A stretch of DNA of 64,000 nt. Origin: the human T2T-CHM13v2.0 reference genome, Homo sapiens. The notes below the pieces were generated by a model. It ran no database searches. It was not told where the DNA came from and saw nothing but the letters and a program-made list of their open reading frames with translations. The stretch's first letter is position 1. Every line of letters begins with the position of its first letter. Positions 11,961 through 25,553 of the stretch are shown one piece after another. The stretch lies in NCBI RefSeq assembly GCF_009914755.1, contig NC_060944.1; one strand, written 5' to 3'. Position numbers and translations under genes: made by a program.

Positions 11961-13469
11961 GTTCTGCAAAACTTCTCATTGTCGACATTCCAGCACTTCC
12001 ACTCACTTGGTCCTCAGAAAATATCTATTGAATAAAATGAACTCTTGCAGTTACTTTGCCACATGACAAGCCACCCAGAAACTTGGTGGCTTAAAATAGC
12101 AAACTTAGGATTCTTCCCGAATTGCTATACATTTTGTTTATGCATTCAAGGTGTAAATGAAGCCTTTTCTATGTAAAAACAACCAAGCTGTAGACTTCTT
12201 TGTGTAAATTTACTGTGTAAAAATAAGATTTTTTTTTTCTTTACTATTAGGTCAACTAGCCTCATTTACATCTTTTATTAAACATACTCACAACTGGTGG
12301 TATTTTTTTCCTTTATGAACAAAGCGAAATTATAGATTCCACCCAAATCATGTTGGAATCCTGCTAGGTGAAAATTATATGTCTGTAAGAGCTACGTGGA
12401 ATCTAGTTTCCAGATGGAATTCCCTTCTTGCCAATTTTGGGAATATTCTACAAAGTTTCCCCTTAGAAACCATTTACATGAAGTGAAAAATTTACTCTAG
12501 GAAAATGATTGGAGAGAATGCTTGTGAAATGTGAAGGCATGACTTTCATATGGACAGTATACACATTCATAGATATTTTACCCGTGCCGTTGAGATAGCT
12601 AGTAATAATGTGTGTTCTCATTGTGTTTGCTCTTGTCTGTAGAGACCACCAGAAACTGATTTAGCCTGAGGAATATATTTCAAACTGAAATTTTTATTGT
12701 AAAGTAATTGCAAATAACGTGTAATTAAAAGTGATGAGAACCCCTTACATTTGTATAGCATGTTTACTTTCCAAAGCACGTCATGACCTCTTGCTTTTAT
12801 AATTCTAAAAAATTCTTGAAAGATAGGAAAGGCAAGTTCTATTAATATTATATTTGGACAAAGAGGCAAATAGATATTACAGCTGAGTATTCTTAAATAT
12901 GCAAGTGATATTTTGTTTTGTTGACACCTTGGTTTGTTGATTTGAAAGCCCAGTGCTTTTGATTTAGCTTCAGGTTTGGTAAAAAAGGAGAACAGTATTT
13001 ACTGAATGAATAAACTTCCCCTTTGTAACATATTTGTGTCACAACTCTGCAATTATACAAAGAGACTGATGTCTGCCTTGTGGGAGCTATAATTGCCACT
13101 TGGACAAGTTTCATGTGGTTGACATTAATAGACCATGCTGATTATGACTGACAACCAGGGGTTCTTAAACTTATCCAGTAAAAGGGTTTTTTCCCCTAAT
13201 ATCAAATTCACAAGCCACTATTCTATAGTAATAAAAAGGCAACTATGAATTTGGTAACGTTTAAAAAGTTATTTGCATTTTATTAACTACAACTAATGTA
13301 TACATTTGTAAAGTAGTAACAGATGTATGCATGAAACATGCTATTCATGATAAAAGCTAGTCTTCATACACATAGGAATTCTCAAAACTCTTGAACTAAC
13401 CCAGTGTTCCCCTGGGAGATCATGGTTAATGAGTTGGGAAGCTTTGGCATAACTAGAGATAGCCATTAC

Positions 13470-13645
13470 ACTACATTCCATGTGTCAATGCCAACAGGAG
13501 GAATGACCGCCTGAAGAGGTGTGTTGAAAAGGATTCTGAGAGCTAGTTTGGGTTCAGAGCAAAGAGTACTGTCATTAATTAGTGATGTTTGCCAGAGGAG
13601 GAGGAAGTAATGGGTGGGAAGAGCCAAACATTTGCCTTACCTGAC
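13470..13645. mobile_element. MER103-like DNA transposon fragment
   Basis: gtgtgttgaaaaggattctgag...gagtactgtcattaattagtgatgtttgcc. Confidence 0.55.
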
Positions 13646-13739
13646 TTAGACTATGTGGACCACTTGACTCCAGCAAAGGATAATGGAGATGACCACTAAT
13701 ATCTAGATATAACAAAGGATTAATCTAAGAAGTCAGTTA

Positions 13740-14056
<317 letters not shown>

Positions 14057-14327
14057 TTAAAAACTACTGTAAAATATAAAGCTTATTTTAAAATAAGCAC
14101 ATTTAAAAACAGGTTACATTTACTGAATATTTTATTCCAAACTTCCCCTGCTATTAAGCACCTTGTTCTTGATCCTACAGCTTGAGGAAAACCTCTGTTT
14201 TTCTCTCAAGACAAATTGATGATTGAAGTATCCTAGTCCCTTCTATGATTTTAGCCATTCGATGAAGGATCTTTGCACCCATCAGTTGATACTCACTCAT
14301 GGTGCAGCCATCTCACATAGCTTGTAG

Positions 14328-14600
14328 TTTTTGTTTGTTTGTTTTTTTCCAGAAACAAGGTCTCACCCTGTCACCCGAGCTGGAATGTAGTGGCACAATC
14401 ACGACTCACTGCAACCTTGAGCTCCTAAGCTCAAGCAATCCGCATGCGCCACCATGCCTGGCTAATTTTTAAATTTTTTGGTAGAGATGGGGTTCTCCCT
14501 GTGTTGCCCAGGCTAGTCTTGAGCTCCTGGGTTCAAATGATCCTCCTGCTTCAGCCTCCCAACGTGTTGGGATTACAGGCATGAGCCACCATGCCTGACC
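14328..14600 (-). mobile_element. AluJ with internal deletion in right arm
   Basis: Antisense Alu; ctcaagcaatcc joins directly to gcatgcgccacc (about 35 nt missing). Confidence 0.9.
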
Positions 14601-16159
14601 CATCTAACTGGCTGTTCTTTTCACGAAAGACAAGTCATTCCCTGACACCATTTACTCAGAAATGGGAGGGAGTGGAGATATGGAGAAAAGTATCTGGTAG
14701 ATGACTTTGCTCTATCTGTGCAATATCACTGTTTATAGACATGCATTTCCCTAATAATTTAAGTCACTTGCCCTATGAACTAGCCAACCTGCTTCCTCAC
14801 TGGTTTTTGAAATATCTTTAGAGAAAAAATATTCCAGTGATATGTTTAATTTATATGTTAACCATTCTTGGAATCTCCCAGTCCCTTCTAAAACTCTTTT
14901 GCCTTAGCTTTATCCCACTCTGACTGTATTGAAGATAATTAAACATAATCACATCATCTGACCCTTATGTACCTGTTCAGATGGTAATTGTCTTTCAGAA
15001 CTCCATCTTAAGATAGCACCTTCTTAGCCGTCCCTGGAAATTAATTGCTCTGCCTCTAGATCGGCTTTGTTTCTATCTTAATTATTGCTCTGCCTGAAAA
15101 GTCTATTTTTTGCTTGGGCTTTTTGAGGTGAGGATACATGTCTTAGTCATCCTTGTATCTCCAATGCCTCGAACTGTGAATAGCTCCTGGTAAATGGGCA
15201 TAAACACTGGGTAGGACTGACACTCCTCTGAGGCACTTACCTCCCGTGGAGGGAGACCTGATTTGATTTTTTTACTCTCTTTCTACCCTCAGCATATTCC
15301 CCAGTAAAAGCTAGCTTGTACCTTTTTCTTTACTTGATATACTCTCTCCCTATTTTTTTGGAGATTATATCACTTTTTCAATACTCTATATAGGTAGAGT
15401 CATAAATAAAGATAACTAAGGTGAATGAGATTTGCCACATTTATATGTAGGAATTTCTAAACACCTTAGAATGAAGTGCCTTTATAAGAAGAATGAGGCC
15501 TACTTTCATGGGATATTTAAAGTATAAATGCTATTTTTTTATTTTGTTTTTAAAAAGATGTATCTACCATGATACGTCATAACTTTAGAATAGTTTTTGA
15601 CTTTTAACATGAAAATGAAAACCAGCATTTAGCCACTCAAGCCATGTTCCTGAAGGGGAGCCAGGCAAGGTGGAGAGTGATGATGGGGTACAGCTCTGTC
15701 TGTGTTAAGAGCTTTCAGGTGTCCTGGCTTCAGCAAGGTTCTGGCCCAGGCCGTGAGACAAATGCTTGGCAATCTCGGGATGGAGTTTGCAGAGCAGGCA
15801 GAATTTTCTCCTCATAACTTTAGAACAGATGAATACACATTTCCTAGATTCCTTGAGGGGAGCGCCAGCTCAGGGCTATCCATAGTCCACAATCGGGCAG
15901 GGTGTTGGGCTTCAATTCTTCTCTAAGCGTGTGAGGCATGAGAAAACGGGGCAACCCTGCAGGTCGGGAGGAAGGGGTAGACATGTGGCTGGGGCTCCAC
16001 AAGAGTGACGGTCATTTCATCAACATCCAAAGACCTTGCATGAAGATCTAACCTCCATCACTGTACCCACAAGTGCTCCCATGTGCCCACCTTACCTTTG
16101 GTGGCATCTCTTCTTTCGTACCCTGTGGAGGAAGGTGACTTCCATGGCCACACCTCTTA

Positions 16160-16400
16160 TACCATCCATATTTACTGAGCCCATGCTTAATGTATCAGAC
16201 AGGGTCCTCAGCTCCGTGGACACAGTGATAAGCAAGTAACACATGGCTCCAGCTGCCATAGAGTTTTTACCCTAGTGAAGGGAAAGTAAACAAGTAAGTG
16301 ACATATTTTGTTAAATTCTGTGTACTGTAAAGGAAATGAAACAGAGTTATGTAATAGAGAAGGACATTATGGAGTGAGGGTGGTGGCAGGGGGTTACTTT
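16160..16400 (-). mobile_element. L2 3' fragment
   Basis: catatttactgagccc...ggacacagtgataagcaag...acatggctccagctgccatagagttt. Confidence 0.65.
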
Positions 16401-17284
16401 AAGTTTGATCCCAGACTTTCTTGATCAGAAAAAGTCGTGGCTGGGCATTCTGCACAAGTCTTTGCATCTGTGTGCTTATTCTTTCATTCATTTGTTCATT
16501 CATTCATTCTTTCATTCATTCCATAACCATAAATGCTTTGATCTATTTAGCTCATTGCCTGGCATTGTTATCATATACAGATTAGGCAGGCTTCCAAATT
16601 ATTTTAGCCCTGAGGATATATTAATTCATTCAATTAAAGTAATTATTCAAGTACTGTGTTGACAATCCCACCTGCATACAGCCATTGGTATGGGGCAAAG
16701 GCTGGTAAAAGAACACGAGATGGTGTGATTCATTTAGGGTCTGACAAAGTGAACGGTGGCATTTTTATGAACTGGATCAGAATCTAACAAAATGCCCAGA
16801 ATTGTTAAGCTCCTCACACTGTGATTTGGCCTATGGGCATGTCACTGGAACCAGTGGTCTCATCATTCTTTGCTATTCCTTCCCTCTATTTTTCTATATC
16901 ATAACAATTCCAGTCTGATTTCTCTCTAACATACTTCCTGTGAAAACCTTTAAAACAAGGGCTTGGAGAGATACTAAGAAGAAAAGAGACTGTATTATAA
17001 TTACAAAGTGAATTTTATTTATTTAAACTGATTATGTGACAGTTGCTACTCTGTAAGCAGCCCTCCAAAATTATTTTTGTCCTCTGAAAGAAGGTATTTC
17101 ATGGCTAGAGAAGCTCCTAAAGACTCTTTAAGGTTTCCCTAGAGCCTATAAAAATTGAAATTTTTTGTTTTACTCCTGAGGAGGAACATTCCTTAGAGGC
17201 CCAGCAAGTCTTTATAGATGCAATCATAATTTGCAGCTATTTATTGCAAATGCACTGGGTGCTGAAGTTGGGCATTGCAGCAGA

Positions 17285-17711
17285 TACTGTTGCTGTCCTG
17301 CCCATGGTCCTCCTGTCTATGCTCACCATGTCCATACAACCTGACATCCATTCAGGAGAAAGTGTGTTGCTCTATGAAGGCATTCTCTGGCTGCTGGAAC
17401 CTGCTCTGCTGAAGATCAGGCAAGTCCAGAATGCCAAGGAATTGACATCCACTACATCCCAGCTGTCCTAGATCCACGAGTGATGGGATTGGTGGATAAG
17501 TACCCATCTCCTTTGCTCCTCAGACAAGCCAACTCCGAAGTGTATGTTCTATACCATTTCCCAAAGTTTCCCAGTGGGCTGTAGCCCTAGCTGTCCACAG
17601 TGGCAACTGCTTTGTCCTTCAAATATATTTGTTTGCATTATCCTCCAAATAAATTACTTGTGCTGAAATCTCTGCCTGAAGGTCAGCTTGTGGAAGAGCC
17701 AAACTAAGACA
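17285..17711 (+). mobile_element. LTR16-family ERVL LTR
   Basis: ggataagtaccc...ccaaataaattacttgtgctgaaatc...aggtcagcttgtggaagagccaaactaagaca, the LTR16-type 3' end. Confidence 0.75.
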
Positions 17712-17810
17712 GGTACATTGCATACATTATCGCAGTTAATCTTTCCTACCTCTCCAAGGCGAAACATTGCACTCCCCGTTTTACAGATGAGAAAACTGGG
17801 ATTCAGGAGG
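17712..17810 (-). mobile_element. MIR fragment
   Basis: ccccgttttacagatgagaaaactgggattcag. Confidence 0.8.
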
Positions 17811-19379
17811 TTATTTTTTTCTCTCTCTCTCATTCCAAATATTCTCTGTCTCTCCTCTCTCTCTTATTCCAAATCTCCTTTTCTTTATATTTTATTGTGA
17901 AGAAAGTGGCCACAGTATATGGTCTCTTAGGAAGGTGCAGCCATGTGGTTAATGAATTTTGCAGCAGAAGAATAAATCAAATATTTATTGATTCAAATTG
18001 GTGTAGGCATGGTAAAAAATGTGAAAAGTAGAACTTTGTTTATTCATTCCACAAATGTTTATTTTCTGCTACCAAGTGCCAGGTACTCTGTTTCTTCCTG
18101 AGTGTATAGTGGCAAGGGAGAGGAGGCCCTCTGAGAACAGCAGACTGCATTCTAATTTGTATGAAGTTCTTACTGAAATGAAAGTTTCTGTGATGTTAAG
18201 ACTGTATGCTACTATTCAGTAAATGTCTAGAAAGGGCAATCTGATTTCCGAGCTTCTACCATGATGCCAGTTAGGTGGCTATATGTCAGAAAGCAGAGTC
18301 CAGGTTCTCTCTTTTTACTTTCTGGATAGACCTTTACTCTTTAGATGGCAAATTTTATGTTTTCCTCCCACTAGAGTATAAATGTCTTTTGTAGATAATG
18401 AATATGTCTGCCGCTGCATTGAATTTGAATAAGGACTAATGGCCAGTATCAGAACATAATTAAATGCAGGATCCACATCAACTAACAAAATTAGATGCAG
18501 GACCCCTTTCAAAAGTACTTGTGCTGAGGAAGTACTGAACATGTCAAGAGGATACTTCCTCCATACTTCTATTCAATTAAAAAAAAAAAGAAAGAGAAAG
18601 AAGCTATTGATTTCAGTTAGTGGGAAGAAATTGGGTTTAGCCTTGATGGTGTCTTAACTACAAACGAAACCAATATCCTGGTGTTGTTCCTGTTCCATTC
18701 CTCATGCTCTGATGATTTCACAGTTGACTAGTGATTTGCACCTTGCTTCAAATTACTTAGGATGTATTATGGCATTATCTATGAAAACAGTTTGACTCAA
18801 GAAAAAAAACAGCTTGTAGACAAAGAGAGAAGCTCAGTGGCTGTGCAGTCACAGAGCAGAGAGGGCTTAAAAGGTTTGTCTGGACATGGAAGCACCATCT
18901 TTGTGTCAATAAGGTGAGTTTGTTCCACACACTTTGCCTTTTGTGTGCTTCTTTTATTTTTTCTATTATCCGTCTTCTGCTGTTCTTGCATCCTTTCTCC
19001 TCAGATAGATCTTCTGTATCAAAAGGCCATGCTCTAAGCCATCTTCCTTTCTCTTCCTCCTCCCTGTCAGCAATCTCAATCTCCATGCAAAGTATCACTC
19101 TGTCATGCAATAAGACATTGTCCCCACCTTGGGAACATTTTTGCTCTCTTAGAAGTATTAGAAGATGGAAAAATATTCAAGACCCAAAGGATGAACCCAT
19201 AATAATGGAATTTCTGTTCACTTTGCAAGACCTCCAAGAATGGAAGGGGGGATATTTTTGAAACACATTTCTATATAGTTCCTATCATTTTCACTGAGAT
19301 CACTAGAATATAGAAGATATTTAGGAGCTCATGTAGTGAACACTAAAGCCAATTGCTGACAACCACTGATTGACAGCTA

Positions 19380-19780
19380 TGCATTCAACACTGACATACG
19401 TTCTGTGAGGAATTAAGAAATTAAAAAGAAGAAAAAGTAATACATGGTCCTGATCCTATAAGAGATTACTGCTGGCTAGGAAATGTATATAATATGCACA
19501 AAAACGATTGATGTTAAAATCTGTTGATTGGCATAGTCAGAGATGAGCAAAAGAAAGGAGGTGGGAAATGGGGATGATCTGAAATGAAAGGTAGAATTCA
19601 TTTGCAGGAAGAAAAGAAGGTAGCACAGGTGAGGGCATGGAAACTGGAACAAACAGGGTACACATGGAATACTGGGATGTGGCTGAACTGAAAGTCCATG
19701 TTGGGGAGTTGTGAAATACAAGTGGGTAGTGAGATCAATGTCAAGCTACGGAGGGCCTGGGATCCACAAAGATGATGGAG
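19380..19780 (-). mobile_element. L2 fragment
   Basis: acatggtcctgatcct...gatgatctgaaatgaaaggtagaa...tgtggctgaactg. Confidence 0.5.
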
Positions 19781-20074
19781 CTTATGGGAAGCAGGGCCCC
19801 AGTGTGTCCTTAGGCAGGGTCATGCCTGGCAGTTGGGTACAAAAGGGGCTGGAAGCAGAGGAGGGGGAGAGAAATCCAAGTAAGGAGACCGACTGAGCAA
19901 GAATCCAGTCCACAAGACAGGGGCCTTGGGCCTGGGCGATGCCAGTGGGAATGTAAGGAGCCATCCAAAGAGCATGTCCAGAAGACAACAGGATACATTC
20001 AAGATGGAGAACGCATCAGAAGGGATTAAGGGGGTTTATGCAAATGGCCCCAGACACCTCATCCCAATATTACT

Positions 20075-20230
20075 CCTAGCAGTAATGTACCAAGCACCGA
20101 CTCCATACCAGGCCCTATTCTAAAGGTTTTCTTTTTTTAACTTATTTTACCCTCATAATGATATGAGGTCTCTTTATTTCCACTTTCTAGAGGCACAGGT
20201 AAGTTAAGCAATTTGCTCTAGGCCTCACCA
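20075..20230 (-). mobile_element. MIR fragment
   Basis: taccaggccctattctaaagg...cctcataatg...gttaagcaatttgctctaggcctcac. Confidence 0.65.
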
Positions 20231-20301
20231 AAAAATTAGTTGAAAACAACTTAGTTGTCAACTTGACAATTCTATAGTTTGCCCATATTTCTCAGAAGTA
20301 A

Positions 20302-20632
<331 letters not shown>

Positions 20633-20649
20633 CTTTCTGTACAATTTTG

Positions 20650-23300
20650 AATAAACTTCCCTTCTTCTCAGCCTCTTGGATGTTTGTTTCACCTTGTCAC
20701 TGTAAAACTGAAGCCTGGCTTTCCCCTGAGGTACCATCTCCTCCTAACCTTCAACAGGGGTTGGACGGGGAAACTACTCCTTTGTATGTCATCTCCCTGC
20801 CACCTGCGGAGTACGGAGGAAGAGCCAGGGCATCCCTTGCACTTCCGGGCCACTTTCTTGTCCTGCAGAGATACCACCAATCCCATCTTGGCTTGTGTCC
20901 ACAACCCTCATGGGCTCTCCCTTTCCACCCTCACTGCCTCCATCTGTGGTGGTCCAGGGCTGTTTCTCAGTGGCAGGACACTGGCCACCTTCTTGCCTAT
21001 TCTTCTCTGCCATTGTTTCTGGGGATATTACATCCTGATGTAGCAGTTCCTGTATTCTTCTGCCTCTATTTCAGCCGCCATCCCAGACCTTGCCTTACCT
21101 ACAGCTTCTGCATCACTGTGATTCTGAACATAGAACTCCTCTCTGCCACCTTTGATCTCTTGTCCTCCCTCACCTCCTTCTTTGCCTTCTCTCAGTCCTT
21201 GGCTTTGCTGATGCTCTGTTCCCTGGCATGCTTCCTGGTCTCCCAACTCATCTCTATTCTTGGGCTTATAAAAAGTTTTTTCCGCCTCCTTCATCCATCT
21301 TGGATCCTATGGTTGATTATATCAACAATGGTCTTGTATGTGCCCCTTTCTCCTCTTTGTTTTTTGTCCTTTCCCTTCTTTATTAGTCACTTAGTTCTCA
21401 TCCTTGGGGAAATACTGCTACTCATATTTTCCAATTCTCTTCCAAAACTATCAACATAGGGATGACAGGCCAGCTGTATTTTCCCATCACACATGCTCTC
21501 CTTCCACACTTGAACTTCTGTTGCTTCTCAGCTGGGCCCTTACCACTTATCAGTACTCCTAGGGATCATCTCTAATCACTTGCCTACTACATCCTTCCCT
21601 GCATTCAATCCCAGTGTTCCCTGCTCCACTCAAGGAATGGCAGTTCAGGAAAGAGTACTCATTATACCACCCATTGTGCGAAGCATTTGATATGATTGCA
21701 TATATTCAAACCTCAACCTGGTGTAGGTAGTGTTATTCTCATTTTTTTCATATGATAACTCTGGGACTGAGACAGTAACTTACACAGAACTCAAAAAAAA
21801 CTTTATGTTTCATGTCTGTTTGATTCCCACACCTGTGGGTTTTCAGGTCGTAATAAAGCCTCCACTGCTGACCTGACCTTCTGCCAAGTTTACTCTGTAG
21901 ATTACTTAGTTTCTTTCTTAAATGAGATAAATGAACCTGTAACATGGGACTTTCCAGTTCCTTCTTCTTTTCCACCACATTTTTTTTGTATCTTCATCCA
22001 TTTCCTTCTCCTTCTTTTCTGTCTAAAAGAAGGAATTATCCCCTAATCTTCCTTACAGTCAGCTCCTCTGCCTTTGTTATGGATTCCAACTCTTCTACCT
22101 CTTTCTCCAGATTGATGATCTGTCAGTTATCCTCCTCTTTCTGATCACTTTTCATTCCCCCTTCCAAACTAAATATTTTTCTTTCACAGCAAACAAATCT
22201 GTCCTCTTACTTAAAAACAAACAAGCAAAAAACTACTTTTCTTGACTTTAAGATCCTGAACAAGCTTATCTTCTACCTTTCCTAAAACTCCTTGAATAAA
22301 GAGACTACATTTACTGTTTTTACCATCTCCCCGCAATGATCCCAAATCATTTTCAATGTGGCATCTTCCTCTTTCCTGATCCCAAACCATTTCCTTAAAG
22401 TATATACCAACAACCACATAGGAACAGAGCCAACTTCTGTATTCTGGGTGCTCATTTTTCTTAAGTTTTCTGTAGCTTTGAGTGCTTCAACACTATCTCT
22501 TCTTTTTTGAAAAAGGCTTTCTCTTGACTTTTCTATGTTTTCTTGGTTCTTTTTTCACCTATTGGCCCACATCTTTCCCAGGTGCTCTTTCCTAGCTAAT
22601 CTTCTTCCTTTATTTCCATTTTGTCTCTCTTTACTCTTTCCTTTAAGTAATGTGTCTTACTTAACTGCAGGCTTAGAAGACTATACCCTTCTCTAACTTT
22701 GACTTTTCAAGTGAATTCAGTTTGGACATCTCCTTCATTTGTTTCACTGGCCTCAGATTTACTTTGTCTAATACTAAATCTATCATCTTATTTTTCTTTC
22801 CCTTCCTGTTTTTTTTCTATTAATAACACCATTATTCAAGCCTTAAATCCCGTTGCTCATAACTATTTCTTTCACCTTGTTCCCACATGTAATTTGTTGT
22901 CAATTATTTTCCAGCCTTTTTTCTCTCCACATCTGTTGAATATTTCCCACCTTTTCCCCTCTTGCTATCATCCAAGTTTATTCTATTTCCTATCATTTCA
23001 GTACTTGTTTTATTAACTAGTTTCTTACCTTATGTTCCAATGTTCTTTCCCATAACTAAACTTGGTGCAGTAAAATCCATGCCTTATGCTTTTCGGGCCC
23101 TGTACCTATGCTCACAGTACCTCTACAGAATCTTGTTTTCTATTTCTTATTTAAATCCCATTATTCTAGGGAGTTTGCCATAAATACATTTCTTCCAGGA
23201 AATTTTTCTGGTCTTCTGTTCTCTGCTTTTTATCCCTAATCTGGTAAGAATCTTTCTTGCCCCTAAACTCCTAAAACATCTTTTTCTCATACTTCTAGTT
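20650..23300 (+). mobile_element. Long degenerate L2 (ORF2 to 3' region), interrupted by a MIR at about 21680-21860
   Basis: Pyrimidine-rich; decayed ORF2-like motifs ctggggatattacatcc (GDFNI-like), ctacctttcctaaaactccttgaa (LPFLAKLLE-like), ttttctgtagctttga (LSAAFD-like). Confidence 0.6.
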
Positions 23301-23319
23301 TATTGTCTTAATCCTAATA

Positions 23320-23560
23320 GAAAACAATAGCAAGAATGAACTTTTGAGCCCCTCCACCCAAATTGACTCATCTTTATCACTTACTAGCTGTGTGGCCTTA
23401 AACTAGTTATTTCACATCTCTGAGCTTCATATTACTCATCCAAGTAACTAAAATAATAAGGCCTGGCCTTCAGGTATATTGGGAAGATTAGAAACAATAT
23501 ATGGCATGGTCCTTAACAGTGTGTTTGGCCCAGAACCACCATTCAATAGATGTTGAGTGA
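23320..23560 (+). mobile_element. MIR
   Basis: cacttactagctgtgtggccttaaactagttatttcacatctctgagcttca. Confidence 0.8.
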
Positions 23561-24224
23561 AACACTTTCTCTAGGTAGAGTATGGGGTGCTGAAGAGTAT
23601 GTACAGACTAGGGTATAGAGTAGGCATTCAAAAATATTTGCACAGTGAAAGGGCTGGGATTATAAGAGGCAAACATCTACCATCAATCCTCTGTCAGTTT
23701 TAAAATCTGTCCACCAGATATCAGAGAAGAATAAAATTAGACTGGGTGAATGTCTGACCCATTTATCATCTATCAGGGAGTAACTTTTGCCTGAAGACAT
23801 CCCCCCAGGACAATAGAAACCAGCATTCTAACATTGAATTTCAACTGTTTGTAGTGAGGACAGCCATCCCTGGTCCCATTTTCTGAGCTGAGTATTAAAT
23901 TTACTGTTTCCTAAGCTTGAAGGAATTCTACACTTGCATGCATTTTAAAAAATAATAGCTATTGGTTGTGCTACAGTGACTTTGCCAATTCCCTTAGTTT
24001 CCAACTCTGCTAATATCCATCCTGCTCTTAACAGCTTCCTGACTTGTTTCCTTTCTCTAGTCCCAGTTTGCTTTTCTCTTCACAAGTGATATCCACGTGG
24101 GTTTACTAATCAGATTTGCATGTTTTTCAATAGCACACTCCTCAAAGTGTCCGTTTTCTATCAGCTAAAAGAAGCAAAATTAAGATCTTTTGTTTTCCAA
24201 CATAGAAGTGTGTCTGCATGTTCC

Positions 24225-24475
24225 AGAGTGTGGTTTTGGAGTTCAGACTGCCTAGATTTGAATCCTGGCTCAAGCCCCTGTTAGCTCTGTGAGTCTAGGC
24301 AAACTCATGCCATTGCGGACCTCAGTTTGTTTCTCCATAAAATAGGAACGAGAATTAATTATGTCTAATCTGAAATAGTATCATTGGGAGAACCTAAATG
24401 AAATAAGGCAATTGAAAACTCTTAAGATAGTGCATATCTCATTGTAAGAGCTCGATATACATTAGCTGTTAATAA
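24225..24475 (+). mobile_element. MIR
   Basis: ttggagttcagactgcctagatttgaatcctggctc...cctcagtttgtttctccataaaatagg. Confidence 0.85.
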
Positions 24476-25230
24476 CAACATTTTATCATAAATCATTTAT
24501 AACTAGCAACTTCATGGTTGATTTATGCTTTAGCTTTCCAAATTGTATTTCTATTTATTCATTCTACGTTTGTGGATGTTTATTTTTTTGTTGGTTTGTT
24601 TTTATTATCCCTTAGGATGAAATTTCACTTAATGAGCGAGGCTTCATGTTGTCCCAACTACCCACCTTGCACAGCGTTGACATCTGAGCGGGGATAGTGT
24701 GAGCAAAAGATAATGGACTAGAAAGCATCTCACACTCTACAGTGGAGATCTTCTCTCAACCTCTAATTTGGTGGTTCTCATCTTTCTTTGCTTTTTCCTG
24801 CTTCAGAATGCCTAATGTACTCCCATCAATATCAGTAGCTGGCTGATTTTCATGAAGTACAGATTAAAAATGAGCAATCGGAAAACTGACTCAGTTCCAG
24901 GGTGCCTGCCAGCATACACAGTAACTTCATACAAATCAGAGAAAAACCACCCTTTGGGAACAGAGGCAACCCCATAGGTGCGTGGCTTGACAGTTTAATT
25001 GCTTTTGTGCAAGAGAAAGTAGTTCGTTCTTAGGGGTCAGAGTGGGGAGGTTGTCACCCTTGAACTTGAACACAGACCTTGGCAGCTGACCCTGGCTGGA
25101 TGTCAGCCCTATCCACTCCTTGACTTAGCACAACCTGCATGGAGGCCTTGTCCTGTAGGCATATGTCTCCCCACAGCAGGTAGGAATCACCGTTGTACTC
25201 GGAGGCAGGATCGCTTCCCCCTCGCCCCTA

Positions 25231-25553
25231 CGGTCAGCTCTCTGTACCTGGGGGATCCGCATCTGCAGATTCAACAGTTGCTGATTGAAAATATTCAGAA
25301 AAAAAAAATAAATAACAATACAGCAATTAAAAAATAGTGCAAATAAAGAATATAGTATAGCAACTATTAACATCACATTTACATTTTATTAGGTATTATA
25401 AGTAATCTAGGGCCTATTTTAAATGTTTAAGAGGATGTGCATAGGTTGTATGCAAATACTATTCCATTTTTTATCAGAGACTTGAGCATCTGTGGTTTCA
25501 GTGTCTGTGGGAGGTCCTGGAACCAATTCCCTTAGGATACCAAGGTAGGACTG
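25231..25553 (-). mobile_element. MER2 (Tigger-derived MITE)
   Basis: Reverse complement starts cagtcctaccttggtatcc...ggaattggttccaggacc...gatgctcaagtc; TA flanks at both ends. Confidence 0.9.

Noticed and set aside
20647-21459. 270-aa hydrophobic ORF, the longest in the window
   Set aside because: Starts at TTG and lies in pyrimidine-rich decayed L2, where low A content suppresses stops and yields L/F/S/P. No recognisable domain or splice context.
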